A stretch of DNA of 64,000 nucleotides from Flavobacteriales bacterium. Its GTDB lineage: Bacteria; Bacteroidota; Bacteroidia; Flavobacteriales; BACL11. Position 1 is the stretch's first letter; each line of letters opens with the position of its first letter. The DNA lies in the NCBI GenBank assembly GCA_947502765.1, contig CANNBA010000012.1:5341-69340 (forward strand), written 5' to 3'. Both the position numbers and the translations under genes were made by a program. This document shows, in pieces, positions 9,695 through 19,629 of this stretch. A model generated the notes under the pieces. It made no database searches. It had not been told where the DNA came from and saw nothing but the letters and a program-made list of their open reading frames with translations.

Positions 9695-10603
9695 TTACAT
9701 TCTCAAACCTTCAAAATAGGACCTGTTAATGAGCCACCAAGTGGATAAATTTTTTCTTATTTGTGGATTAACTATCCATCTAATATTATTTTTAAAAAAT
9801 AGCCAAAAAATAAATCCGTAAGCAAAAACGCCCCCAATCTGTTTTAAAAAATAGACATGATTTCTAGTATTGTGCTTTAAAAAAAAATCTCCTCTATAAG
9901 TCTTTTTTATATCTTTTTCAAAGGACTTTGTCAAGCTCCCTACTTTATGATAAAATTTCACAAAAGGATAGAAAAACATCTTATGTTTTCCATCTTTCCA
10001 AACTCTATATGAAAAATCCGTATCATCAAAATAAACAAAATACTTTTCATCCATCATGCCAACATCCTGAAATACTTCTTTTTTAATTAGTAAACAACAA
10101 GTAGGAGCATATTCTACCTGGGTAATTTTATCATATTGCCCCTCATCCAAATCTTTCATCCCTCTGTGCAATGGCAAATATCCTTTACGTTTATTAAACC
10201 AACTTCCTGCATACCAGATATTTTGAGGGCTATCAAAATACATCATTTTTGGACTAACTAAACTACAAGTATTATCCTTTTGTGCTTTAATTAATTTTTC
10301 AATTAAAGCAACTTCAAATTCAACATCATTATTAATAATTAAAACCTGATCACATCCCTCTTCAATAGCTTTAATAATGCCTTGGTTATTTGCTTTTGCT
10401 ACTCCAAAATTTGTTTCATTTTTAATAAAAACAAGCCTGGGATCATTAGTTTTTGTTAAAATTGACAATGTATTATCCGTAGATGCATTATCAATCACAT
10501 AAAGGATTAAATTCTCATGTGTTTGTTTCCATACGCAATCCAAAAATGGCGGCAATACATCAGCAGAATTATAGCTTATAGTCACCAAGCCTATCTTATC
10601 CAT
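9695..10603 (-). CDS. Glycosyltransferase family 2
   Basis: N-terminal VTISYNSADVL...IDNASTDNT and a DxD-type motif (FDDTDFSYR), typical of GT2. Confidence 0.8.
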   Translation of the reverse strand: MDKIGLVTISYNSADVLPPFLDCVWKQTHENLILYVIDNASTDNTLSILTKTNDPRLVFIKNETNFGVAKANNQGIIKAIEEGCDQVLIINNDVEFEVALIEKLIKAQKDNTCSLVSPKMMYFDSPQNIWYAGSWFNKRKGYLPLHRGMKDLDEGQYDKITQVEYAPTCCLLIKKEVFQDVGMMDEKYFVYFDDTDFSYRVWKDGKHKMFFYPFVKFYHKVGSLTKSFEKDIKKTYRGDFFLKHNTRNHVYFLKQIGGVFAYGFIFWLFFKNNIRWIVNPQIRKNLSTWWLINRSYFEGLRM

Positions 10604-11460
10604 TTTGTAAAATCTTTATTTAACAATTCCGATAATTCTCTCACATCACTTTCAAAATGTTTTTTTAGAAAATTTCTTGTTAATTCAGGAAGTTGTGGTT
10701 TCTTATCACTTCTAAAAAGTAAATTTCTAATGGTTTTAGTCAAATTTTTAGACAATATATTGGCTACCATTTTTCTGAAAGCAACAAAAGAATAAACATG
10801 TCGAATAAACCTATTTTTAGGTGCCGTATAAGTGTTGTATTTCTTTTTTAAATAAGGTTGAAAATCATCATTTACTCCTAAAAATAAAAAAACACTATTT
10901 ACAACATCAGAAGTGTCATTTTTAAAATCTTCATAATCAATAAAATGAATATTATCCTTGCTAAATACTTCTAAATATCTTTTTATCTGCTTGCTATATT
11001 CGCTCACCTGAATATATTGCTGATAAAACAAATTCGCATTCTTATGTTTTGACTGCTTTTGAATAATTGTCTCAAAACTTTCTGAAATTAATCCTAAACT
11101 ATAATCCATTAAATAATGTGAAAATGCCCTATCAATAGGATTTCTAAGCATAATTATAATCTTAGCATCAGGATTATAGGTAAAAATTTTATGAGGCACA
11201 TCTTCATAAAATAAATAAGAGACGCTGGAATCACCTCTTAAAATGACATCATCTCTTTCAAAAAGTGAATTGTATTTTTCAAGGGTATCAATTCTGTTTT
11301 TATCATAATACAACTTTTGTTTTTGTAAAGATTGGTCAGAGAAAAAATCAGGTTCCTTTTGAGAACTCATCTCAATTTCAGAATGCTCATTCAAATAATG
11401 ATACAAAGAAGTTGTGCCTGCTTTTGGGGCTCCAACTATAAAAAAATCTACTTTTTTCAT
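10591..11460 (-). CDS. PAPS-dependent carbohydrate sulfotransferase
   Basis: 5'-phosphosulfate-binding loop FFIVGAPKAGTTSLYHYL and 3'-phosphate-binding motif MLRNPIDRAFSHY (PKxGTT / RxPxxRxxS pattern of the sulfotransferase fold). Confidence 0.8.
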   Translation of the reverse strand: MKKVDFFIVGAPKAGTTSLYHYLNEHSEIEMSSQKEPDFFSDQSLQKQKLYYDKNRIDTLEKYNSLFERDDVILRGDSSVSYLFYEDVPHKIFTYNPDAKIIIMLRNPIDRAFSHYLMDYSLGLISESFETIIQKQSKHKNANLFYQQYIQVSEYSKQIKRYLEVFSKDNIHFIDYEDFKNDTSDVVNSVFLFLGVNDDFQPYLKKKYNTYTAPKNRFIRHVYSFVAFRKMVANILSKNLTKTIRNLLFRSDKKPQLPELTRNFLKKHFESDVRELSELLNKDFTKWIR

Positions 11461-11978
11461 TTAATAAAAAATCTTTTTTTGATTACTACAACAATATTAC
11501 CCATTCTATGAATATTAAAAAGGAAAGCGAATCCAAATTTTACGGGAAATGATAACAAATGAAAAATCAAAGACAAGGGAGGAAAAGCAAATTCTTTTTT
11601 CTCATAACCAAATTTATCCATCATTTTAGAGGAGAATTTCTGTGATAAATATATTTCGCCATTTGAGAAGCCACCTTTCTTCCATTTATTAATTTTTGAT
11701 GGATCAACTCTTAGTTCGGATTTAGCATCAAAATCTGCTATATTCTCTTGCTTGATCAATCTATTTTCCTCAATACAGAACAATCTTAAGAGAAACTCAA
11801 TTTGATCTTTTTTAGTTGATTCTTTATTGCTATAACCAGTACATAGTGTTCCAAAAAAGTGCAGTTCTCTAAATGTAAAAATCTCTGCATTTTTTTCAAA
11901 AATACGCCCCAGAATAGTAGTGCCACTTCTGCTACCTCCAACAATAAATATTTGATTAGTATCACTCACGGAATTCAA
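11457..11978 (-). CDS. Truncated sulfotransferase-like protein (P-loop only, hydrophobic tail)
   Basis: IFIVGGSRSGTTILGRIF resembles the 5'-PSB loop, but no RxPxxRxxS motif is present. Only 173 aa. The C-terminus (LSLIFHLLSFPVKFGFAFLF) is hydrophobic. Confidence 0.45.
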   Translation of the reverse strand: MNSVSDTNQIFIVGGSRSGTTILGRIFEKNAEIFTFRELHFFGTLCTGYSNKESTKKDQIEFLLRLFCIEENRLIKQENIADFDAKSELRVDPSKINKWKKGGFSNGEIYLSQKFSSKMMDKFGYEKKEFAFPPLSLIFHLLSFPVKFGFAFLFNIHRMGNIVVVIKKRFFIK

Positions 11979-13296
11979 GATCTAGAATTCCTAAATTATC
12001 TGCCTTGTCAAATAGATTTTCACTTTTATAAACCATAGATTTTTTTATAGATCCAACGGTGTTATAAGTACAACTAAGCTGACGAGATCCCCAATCTATT
12101 TTATAACTCAAAACTTCTTTATTGTATTTATCATAGCACTTATATGAAAAAATTTCTTTACTTTTTTGTTGTTCAATTTTAACAATCTTATTTTTAAATA
12201 TTTTTCCAATCATCATCATTGGATAATAAGTGCTCTGAATTTCCATTTTTTCTTCATTATTTCTAAAAATAGAACCGCTAATAGTTCTTCCTCCCAAATT
12301 ATGATAAGTAGTTAATTCAATTGCTGATAACTTAGGATTACTCATCAACTCCAATAAATATTGTGCTGCAAACAATGACTGCAACAATGTATTTCCTGTT
12401 GTTTCTGACATTTGTAAATTCCATTCAGTGACCCAAATTGGCTTTTTAAATATCTTTACATAATTTCTAACCTCATTAGGATAATATTCATCAAAAAAAC
12501 TAATTGCTCTGTTTTTATAAATATCAAATGCCTCAGATTTATTTTTCCCTTCTGTTTCTTCTGAAAGCATTTGCCCATACTGATCCTCACCTTTTGTTAC
12601 TTTAGCATAGGAGTGAATAATAATGGCGTCATAAAAATTCATTGCAGCTAATCTATTATTCCAGACACTATGCCTATGCCCTATTTTTTCCTCTAGAGGT
12701 GCAGCAACTATAGCTGTTTCTATTTTTGGAAATTTAGCTTTTATTTTATCTGAACAGCTTTTTGCAAATAAGATATAATCATCAATTGTATACCCCTTAT
12801 TAAAATAACTTCTATTAGAAAGTTCACTTCCTAATTCTACTCCAATAACTTTAATATTATTAGCATGTAGCTTTTCAATCATCAATATAATATCATCATT
12901 ATCTACAAAAGGATTAGCTGAAAGCACAACACTTGCATTTGTTTTCTTAACTAAAACAATAAAATCATCAATATAATCATAGTTTTGATTCTTTTTTCTT
13001 CTTGAATTCTCTAAACCCCTAGATCTTTTAGGAAAGGTTCCTCCATGATACTTATCAATTTCATCAAAATCAAAACCATATCCATTTTTGCCAAAATGAT
13101 AGAAATTCCCTTCAGCTCCACCAGGAAACCTTAACACTTTAGGGTTCATTCTTACCACTTTATTAATAAATGAAGTATCATTCACATCACAATAAGTAAA
13201 GGCATTAGGAGTATCAAAACCAAAAATGTTTTCTTTTATATTTTGAGCAAAAACTACCTCAGCACAAATCAATAATATAATAATTACTTGTTTCAT
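11962..13296 (-). CDS. Secreted TIM-barrel glycoside-hydrolase-like protein (clan GH-A-like)
   Basis: Signal peptide. GVELGSELSN resembles the ELGNE acid/base motif, and VTEWNL is a candidate nucleophile strand. Family not assignable by eye. Confidence 0.4.
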   Translation of the reverse strand: MKQVIIILLICAEVVFAQNIKENIFGFDTPNAFTYCDVNDTSFINKVVRMNPKVLRFPGGAEGNFYHFGKNGYGFDFDEIDKYHGGTFPKRSRGLENSRRKKNQNYDYIDDFIVLVKKTNASVVLSANPFVDNDDIILMIEKLHANNIKVIGVELGSELSNRSYFNKGYTIDDYILFAKSCSDKIKAKFPKIETAIVAAPLEEKIGHRHSVWNNRLAAMNFYDAIIIHSYAKVTKGEDQYGQMLSEETEGKNKSEAFDIYKNRAISFFDEYYPNEVRNYVKIFKKPIWVTEWNLQMSETTGNTLLQSLFAAQYLLELMSNPKLSAIELTTYHNLGGRTISGSIFRNNEEKMEIQSTYYPMMMIGKIFKNKIVKIEQQKSKEIFSYKCYDKYNKEVLSYKIDWGSRQLSCTYNTVGSIKKSMVYKSENLFDKADNLGILDLEFRE

Positions 13297-14420
13297 TTCA
13301 TCAATCCTTTATTTCTTAGCTCCTTAATAGATTCTTCATATTTATCTTCCATTATTTCCTGAGTTTTAACCCAATTTACAAATTTAGAAATTCCTTTTTG
13401 AAAGTCATATTTTGGACTAAAGCCCAAAGCCTCTTTTATTTTAGTTAAGTCAGCATAATTATGACGAATATCTCCTAATCTATATTTACCACTTATTGAA
13501 ATATTTATATCCGAATTATAAAACTTCTTCAAAGACTCAGCTACTTGCCTTACAGTTGTAGTAACTCCAGATCCAACATTAAAAACTTGTCCATTAGCTT
13601 CTTTTTTTTCAATACCTAAAATTGTGGCGTCTACCACATCATCAATATAAACAAAATCCCTGCTTTCTTCTCCATCTTCATAAATATCCAAATCGTTTCC
13701 GTTTAGTATTCGGGTAGAAAAAATAGACAAAATACCAGTATAAGGATTTGAAAGTGATTGTCCAGGACCATAAACATTTTGATACCTAAAAGCTACTGAA
13801 GCTATGCCCAATGATTCTCCAGTTGTCATAACCATTTGTTCTTGTTGTTGTTTAGTTATTCCATAAATAGATAAAGGGTGTATTTTAGAGCTTTCATCTG
13901 TTGCAACCAATTGTAGCTGTGAATTACAGCTATCACATTTGGGATTAAACTCCCCTTTTTCCATATCTGACTCATTTCTTTGTAAAGGATAAATTACACC
14001 ATGTTTAGAGCACAAATATTTGCCTTCTCCATAAATTGCTCGAGATGAAGCAATAAGCATTTTCTCAATTTGATGATTTTTATTCGCTAATAAATCCAAC
14101 ATATTAGCTGTGCCTATAATATTTACATCATTATATTTTTCTACCTCATACATTGATTGTCCTGTACCTGTTTCAGCTGCTAAATGAACTACTATTTCTT
14201 GTCCTTTTATTGCAGCTTTCCAATCCTCTTTATTTCTAACATCTCCTTTAATAAAGGTGCATTTATCTTTAATTTTCTTTAATAAAAATGATTCTCCATT
14301 GCCATGAATTTGAGTAGAAAGGTTATCCAAAACAGTAATATTGTATCCTTTATCAAATAATTTTTCGCATAATCTACTGCCTATAAATCCTGCTCCACCA
14401 GTGATTAATATCTTTTTCAT
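13293..14420 (-). CDS. NAD-dependent nucleotide-sugar epimerase/dehydratase (extended SDR) with a Cys/His-containing insertion
   Basis: ITGGAGFIGSRL Rossmann motif and catalytic YGITK (YxxxK). Contains the insertion CSKHG...CDSCNS. Confidence 0.85.
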   Translation of the reverse strand: MKKILITGGAGFIGSRLCEKLFDKGYNITVLDNLSTQIHGNGESFLLKKIKDKCTFIKGDVRNKEDWKAAIKGQEIVVHLAAETGTGQSMYEVEKYNDVNIIGTANMLDLLANKNHQIEKMLIASSRAIYGEGKYLCSKHGVIYPLQRNESDMEKGEFNPKCDSCNSQLQLVATDESSKIHPLSIYGITKQQQEQMVMTTGESLGIASVAFRYQNVYGPGQSLSNPYTGILSIFSTRILNGNDLDIYEDGEESRDFVYIDDVVDATILGIEKKEANGQVFNVGSGVTTTVRQVAESLKKFYNSDINISISGKYRLGDIRHNYADLTKIKEALGFSPKYDFQKGISKFVNWVKTQEIMEDKYEESIKELRNKGLMK

Positions 14421-15664
14421 GCTAGTTGTTTCTTGTGATTTGCAACTTTATAAAAGAAATGAAAAAATCCTGATATAATAAATAGAAAGAAAAATGGTCT
14501 AAATAACAAGGGTTCTGACATTATCGAAAGAAATGTAATAATAAACCAAATAAATCTATCATGTGTTACAATTTGTTGTTTTATAAACATAACCATAAAT
14601 AATATAGCAGTAGGAAATCCCATGCCTGCCAACATATACATTATAGAATTTGTACTGCCCTTAGATGTGGTCTCTAACTTTTGTTGAATTCCCACTTCCC
14701 CAAACATTTCATTTAAATTAGAATTACTATAAAACTCTTCTCTTACTTCCTGAAACCGATCTATATCTAGACCAACACCAGTAAGCGGATGCTCGAATGC
14801 GATAAACAATGGCTGGGTTAGATCAAGCAATCTTTTTTGGAATGAATTTTCCCCCTCTCCATAAACTTTTTCATTCATATTTGCAGAAAAAAGGAAATAC
14901 AAAGGAGTTGCAATTATTACCATTAAAACTATTGCAATATTCTTTTTAAATTCCTTTTGTAAAAAATATATAAGCTGTATCATTAATAATAATAACCCAG
15001 TAGTAGAGTAGGTAGATAATATACCTATAATAATAAGAGCTAGCAATGACTTACTTCTTTTAAACACACTTACCTCTAAAAAAAACAAAATATTTAAGTA
15101 TATCTGTAAAATTCCTGGTTCCCAAAATATTCCTGCATTTCTATGAATATCTAAACCGAACAAGTTGATCGCACTCACATCCTTTACTGAATAATAAAAC
15201 AAATAATTATATGTATTACTATCATGATATTCTGAAGTGAGCAAGAATAAATTATCTTTAACAATGAAATATGCTATAAAACTAAATAAAGAATGAAAAA
15301 GAATTAATTTTAGTACAAAATATAAGCTCTTAATAAAAATTTCTTTGCCTCCTTGATTATTAAAATAAAATAGAGTGAGAACGGTTGTAAAAATTATAAT
15401 CCCAAAAAAAGAATACTTAGTTAATGATTGTGTATTTATTGCATAAACAAAATTTATTGCAAACAATGCTAAAACAACTAAAAGGGCCAAGAAAGAAGAA
15501 TAAAAGATAGATTTCTTAATTTTTTTACCTATTAATAACAAACCAAAAATCATAATTATAACAAATATCAAAGAAGCAAGATTTCTATTAAAAACAAATA
15601 GAAGTCCTCCTGTGCTCGACACAAGCATAAATGTTATGATGATATTTAGAACTTTAGTTTTCAA
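14417..15664 (-). CDS. O-antigen polymerase / ligase-like (Wzy-type) integral membrane protein
   Basis: About 10-12 TM segments plus one large hydrophilic loop near residues 260-330; very AT-rich; polysaccharide-locus context. Confidence 0.6.
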   Translation of the reverse strand: MKTKVLNIIITFMLVSSTGGLLFVFNRNLASLIFVIIMIFGLLLIGKKIKKSIFYSSFLALLVVLALFAINFVYAINTQSLTKYSFFGIIIFTTVLTLFYFNNQGGKEIFIKSLYFVLKLILFHSLFSFIAYFIVKDNLFLLTSEYHDSNTYNYLFYYSVKDVSAINLFGLDIHRNAGIFWEPGILQIYLNILFFLEVSVFKRSKSLLALIIIGILSTYSTTGLLLLMIQLIYFLQKEFKKNIAIVLMVIIATPLYFLFSANMNEKVYGEGENSFQKRLLDLTQPLFIAFEHPLTGVGLDIDRFQEVREEFYSNSNLNEMFGEVGIQQKLETTSKGSTNSIMYMLAGMGFPTAILFMVMFIKQQIVTHDRFIWFIITFLSIMSEPLLFRPFFFLFIISGFFHFFYKVANHKKQLA

Positions 15665-15666
15665 AA

Positions 15667-16575
15667 TTAGCTTTTATCAATCCAATGACTCAAATCTCTA
15701 TTTAATAATTTAGCGAGATTCAGCACATCTTTTTTATAATACATTCTTAATTTATTTATCATTGCAATAGACAGTTGAGGAGTCTCAACAGTACTTATAT
15801 TTATTACTTTCTGTTTTAGCCCTTCTCTTATCTTTTTATTTGGAAAAATACTTTTAATTAATGATTTAAAATTATTTTGTGGTATTATTAGATTTCTCAA
15901 AAATTTATTCTTAAACATCCAACCTCCTTCCATATGCCTTTTAGATGTATCAATTGCAATCTTTTCAATTTTCAAAAAATCAAAGACCTCTTCTAAACAT
16001 AAATTAATATTACTCACATAGTCATCATAAATAATAACATGAACATTATCACCAAAAGCTTTTATATATTGTTTGACCTGATTATCATACATCCCAACAT
16101 GAAGATACCTAGTATCTGGGGTTATATCTATATCTTTATGATACCTATCTTCAGAATTTTCAATTGCTTGTTCAAAACTTAAGTTTTCAGAAGGATTATA
16201 TCGTAAATTATGGAGGTAACCCGCAAACGCTCTTTCAATAGGATTTCTAAGCATTATAATTATTTTTACATCAGGAGTTAAGTGTTTTTTAATATTCTTA
16301 ATTGAAAATTCAGGAAAAGCCAAATACATAACGCTTGATTCTCCTTTATAGCTGTAGCCCCTCTTAGTTTCAAACATTTTCTTATACTCCTCTAATGTAA
16401 TAACCCCCTTATGAACTCTACTTTCACCAATCTCAGAATTAATTAGAAAATGAGGCTCTTTATGTTCGGTCATAAAAATAGCTGGATGTTGTTTAAGGTA
16501 ATTATGAAGTGAAGTTGTTCCACTTTTTGCCGCTCCTACAATAAGAAGGTTAGGTAAATTTATATTTTCATCCAT
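15667..16575 (-). CDS. PAPS-dependent carbohydrate sulfotransferase (tandem paralog 2)
   Basis: LLIVGAAKSGTTSLHNYL and MLRNPIERAFAGY motifs. Clear paralog of the upstream gene. Confidence 0.8.
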   Translation of the reverse strand: MDENINLPNLLIVGAAKSGTTSLHNYLKQHPAIFMTEHKEPHFLINSEIGESRVHKGVITLEEYKKMFETKRGYSYKGESSVMYLAFPEFSIKNIKKHLTPDVKIIIMLRNPIERAFAGYLHNLRYNPSENLSFEQAIENSEDRYHKDIDITPDTRYLHVGMYDNQVKQYIKAFGDNVHVIIYDDYVSNINLCLEEVFDFLKIEKIAIDTSKRHMEGGWMFKNKFLRNLIIPQNNFKSLIKSIFPNKKIREGLKQKVINISTVETPQLSIAMINKLRMYYKKDVLNLAKLLNRDLSHWIDKS

Positions 16576-17471
16576 TTGCTTAAATCTTTATTAATTAACT
16601 TTTCTAGCAATTGAATATCCTTTTGGTAATAGTCTAATAATTCTTTTCTTATTGATTTATTCATCTTGTTAGCTTTACTAGTAAAACTATTTATCAAAAT
16701 TTTTTTAATATATACTCTTACATTTTTTGGCAGCAAAAATTTTAGGGACTTTTTCATACTTCCTTCTCCCATAAGTAAATCTTTCGCAACTCTTGAGTTC
16801 CACTTCTGACCTCCAGAATTAATAACTTTACTTGAGTTAATCTCATTAGTATTACTAACATTTAAAAAATCAAATACTCGCCTTACTTCTAAATTAGTTT
16901 GCAAAATGAAATCATCATAAAGAACAATATGAATATGTTTAAATTTTTCCATATAAGCTTTTACCATTTTATAATACATACCTAATTCTTTATACAAAAT
17001 CATAGGACTTAAAGTGTCATCCTTATTATACCTTTCTCTAGAATTGATTAAGGCTTTTTCAAAAGTCTGATTTTCTTGATGAGTTCTAGAGGCAAATAAA
17101 TAAGCCGAATAAGCCCGATCAATTGGATTTCTAAGCATTATGATTATTTTCACATCTTCACCTAAATAATGTTTTATGTTTTGAATAGCATCTTTATAAT
17201 AATACAAATAAAGAACCGTAGATTCTCCAATAGCCTTTTCATCTTTGACATCAGCAAATAAAGATTGATATTCCTCAAAAGTCCAAACTCCATTATGTAC
17301 TCTGTGCTGAACCAAATCTTTTATTAAAAATCTTGGTTCTTTCACTTTCATTCCTTCTTTGTTGAAAGTAGGCATAAAAACTTCAGGATGTTGATTTAAG
17401 TAATTATGAAGAGATGAAGTACCACTTTTTGCAGCTCCAACAATTAGAAAATTTGGCAATTTAGTTTTCAT
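16560..17471 (-). CDS. PAPS-dependent carbohydrate sulfotransferase (tandem paralog 1)
   Basis: FLIVGAAKSGTSSLHNYL and MLRNPIDRAYSAY motifs. 16-bp overlap with the downstream paralog. Confidence 0.8.
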   Translation of the reverse strand: MKTKLPNFLIVGAAKSGTSSLHNYLNQHPEVFMPTFNKEGMKVKEPRFLIKDLVQHRVHNGVWTFEEYQSLFADVKDEKAIGESTVLYLYYYKDAIQNIKHYLGEDVKIIIMLRNPIDRAYSAYLFASRTHQENQTFEKALINSRERYNKDDTLSPMILYKELGMYYKMVKAYMEKFKHIHIVLYDDFILQTNLEVRRVFDFLNVSNTNEINSSKVINSGGQKWNSRVAKDLLMGEGSMKKSLKFLLPKNVRVYIKKILINSFTSKANKMNKSIRKELLDYYQKDIQLLEKLINKDLSKWMKI

Positions 17472-18826
17472 CTTTTTAGAAATGGAATATAAAATGTATA
17501 AAATCCAAACTTCTTTTTAACTACCAAAACCATGCTTAGATTCCAAAATGACAAACTACACATGGATGCAAATGCAGCTCCATCAATTCCACTAATTCCA
17601 AAACCAGAAAGAGGATTACCCTCGGGAATCAATATAAAATTTAAACCTACATTCATAACCGCCCCAAGTAGCAATATTAATCCGTATATATTTTGATTTC
17701 CCGACATCTGCAAAATACTTCCTACCGAGCCTGAAAAGGAACTTACTAATCTTCCGCAAGACATAAATATAAATGCAGTTACCCCAATCTTAAACTCCTC
17801 TCCAAATAAACCAAGAAAAAATTCTGGTAAACTAAAGAAAATTACTATCAAAGGAAGTGAAGTCCAGAAAATCATTTTTGTAGACTGATGAGTAACTTTT
17901 TTCAATCCTTCCATATCATTTCTTGCAAAAAATTCTGCAAATTTTGGTGCTGCAATACTATTGATCGACATCAAAGCAACTGCCGCAAACATGGAAAGTT
18001 TAAATGCTGTAAAATAAATTCCAACCTCTTTTGGATTTGTCATATTGCCCAACATTAATTTATCAGTCCAAGCCATAATAAATTGCACAGATTGAGCAAA
18101 CATCAAGGGAATAGAAATCTTCAGTAAAGTAGAATAACTCATTATTTCTTTTTCCGCACTTTCTTTTCCATCTGATCTCTTTTTCAACCAATATCGGAAA
18201 CTTAAGAATGATAAAATAGAAACTATTAATACACTCACTAGATATGCGTAAACTGGAACCTCAGCGCCTTTATTAAATTGGTATATTACCCCAATTGCAA
18301 GCAACGAAAATAGCCCTTGAGACATCCTATAAAAGAAGGAAAATTCAGTAATTCTCTTAAGTCCCCTTAAACTCTCATAATGTAACATGAAAAATGCCAC
18401 TGGCAATACAAAAAATGCGTTTAGCTGAATATATTCAGCTTTTGTATTAATTAAATCTGCAATAGGAATTGCTAAGAAATACATCAGGATAGATGCAATA
18501 ATAGATGTAAAAGATAAAATAATTACTGCTTGTTTTCTAAAATGAAAAATACTTGTCCATTTTTCCTGTGAAGCAAAAGAGGCAATAAAACGAATTGCAG
18601 TTGTATCTAAGCCGATTATTGCTAATAGAACAAAAAGATTCAAAACAGTAGTAGCTAAAACATAATCTCCTAAGCCATCTGCTTTAAAAAAGTAAGCTAT
18701 AACCCAGGTTAATAAAAAACCAACAGCAAGGCCTCCAAAACGTAAAAAAAAAGATATACCACCTCCTTTAAGAAGTTCTGCAAAATCTTTATCTTCTAGT
18801 GCTTTTTGAAGTCTTTTTTTCATCAA
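17468..18826 (-). CDS. Polysaccharide flippase (Wzx / MOP superfamily)
   Basis: 452 aa with about 12-14 TM segments. Position and topology are typical of Wzx. Confidence 0.7.
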   Translation of the reverse strand: MMKKRLQKALEDKDFAELLKGGGISFFLRFGGLAVGFLLTWVIAYFFKADGLGDYVLATTVLNLFVLLAIIGLDTTAIRFIASFASQEKWTSIFHFRKQAVIILSFTSIIASILMYFLAIPIADLINTKAEYIQLNAFFVLPVAFFMLHYESLRGLKRITEFSFFYRMSQGLFSLLAIGVIYQFNKGAEVPVYAYLVSVLIVSILSFLSFRYWLKKRSDGKESAEKEIMSYSTLLKISIPLMFAQSVQFIMAWTDKLMLGNMTNPKEVGIYFTAFKLSMFAAVALMSINSIAAPKFAEFFARNDMEGLKKVTHQSTKMIFWTSLPLIVIFFSLPEFFLGLFGEEFKIGVTAFIFMSCGRLVSSFSGSVGSILQMSGNQNIYGLILLLGAVMNVGLNFILIPEGNPLSGFGISGIDGAAFASMCSLSFWNLSMVLVVKKKFGFYTFYIPFLKR

Positions 18827-18827
18827 A

Positions 18828-19619
18828 TTAATTAACTAAAAACCATGGATTCAATAAGTCTTCCTTATTGTAAATCACATCCTCATAAGAATTATATTGC
18901 TTTACAGAAAAACCTGCATACTTTGCAATTGCATGTCCCGCTCCTGTATCCCACTCCATTGTTGGCGCATATCTAGGATAAGCATCCGCTTTTCCTTCTG
19001 CTACCATGCAAAGTTTTAATGATGAGCCAACAGCCATCACCTCAACATCACCATGCAATTTTTTCTTTTCTTCAAAAAAGGATTCAGTTTCTCTAGACAT
19101 ATGAGAACGAGAACCAACAACTACATAATTAGTTCTTTTATAATCAATAGGTAATTTATTAGATTCAGAAATTAAGTTATCTAAACTGTCAATTACTGAA
19201 TTTCTACTAGCCTTATAAGAACCTAAACCTTCCATTGCAAAATAGAGTTCTTCTTTTACAGGCACATAAATTACACCAATTATAGGATTACCATTATGAA
19301 TCATAGCTATATTAACGGTAAACTCACCATTTCTTTTTACAAATTCTTTAGTGCCGTCTAAAGGATCAACTAGCCATGAGTATTCCCAATTTTTTCTTTC
19401 AGAATAAGCTGCTTTAGCCCCTTCTTCACTTAAAATGGGAATGTTGGTTTTTAAAAGAAATTTTTCAATTATTGTATTAGAGTTTTTATCTGCAAGAGTT
19501 AAGGGAGATTGGTCAGTTTTATGCTCAACTTCAAAATTGGAAGCATAAACCTCCATTATTGCGTCACCTGCTTGAATTGAAGCATTAATTGCTGTTTTTA
19601 ATAAATCTTGAAAATTCAT
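18828..19619 (-). CDS. cysQ: 3'(2'),5'-bisphosphate nucleotidase (PAP phosphatase)
   Basis: Inositol-monophosphatase-family motifs WLVDPLDGTKEF and EWDTGAGHAI; size 263 aa. Confidence 0.85.
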   Translation of the reverse strand: MNFQDLLKTAINASIQAGDAIMEVYASNFEVEHKTDQSPLTLADKNSNTIIEKFLLKTNIPILSEEGAKAAYSERKNWEYSWLVDPLDGTKEFVKRNGEFTVNIAMIHNGNPIIGVIYVPVKEELYFAMEGLGSYKASRNSVIDSLDNLISESNKLPIDYKRTNYVVVGSRSHMSRETESFFEEKKKLHGDVEVMAVGSSLKLCMVAEGKADAYPRYAPTMEWDTGAGHAIAKYAGFSVKQYNSYEDVIYNKEDLLNPWFLVN

Positions 19620-19629
19620 TGCAACTGTT

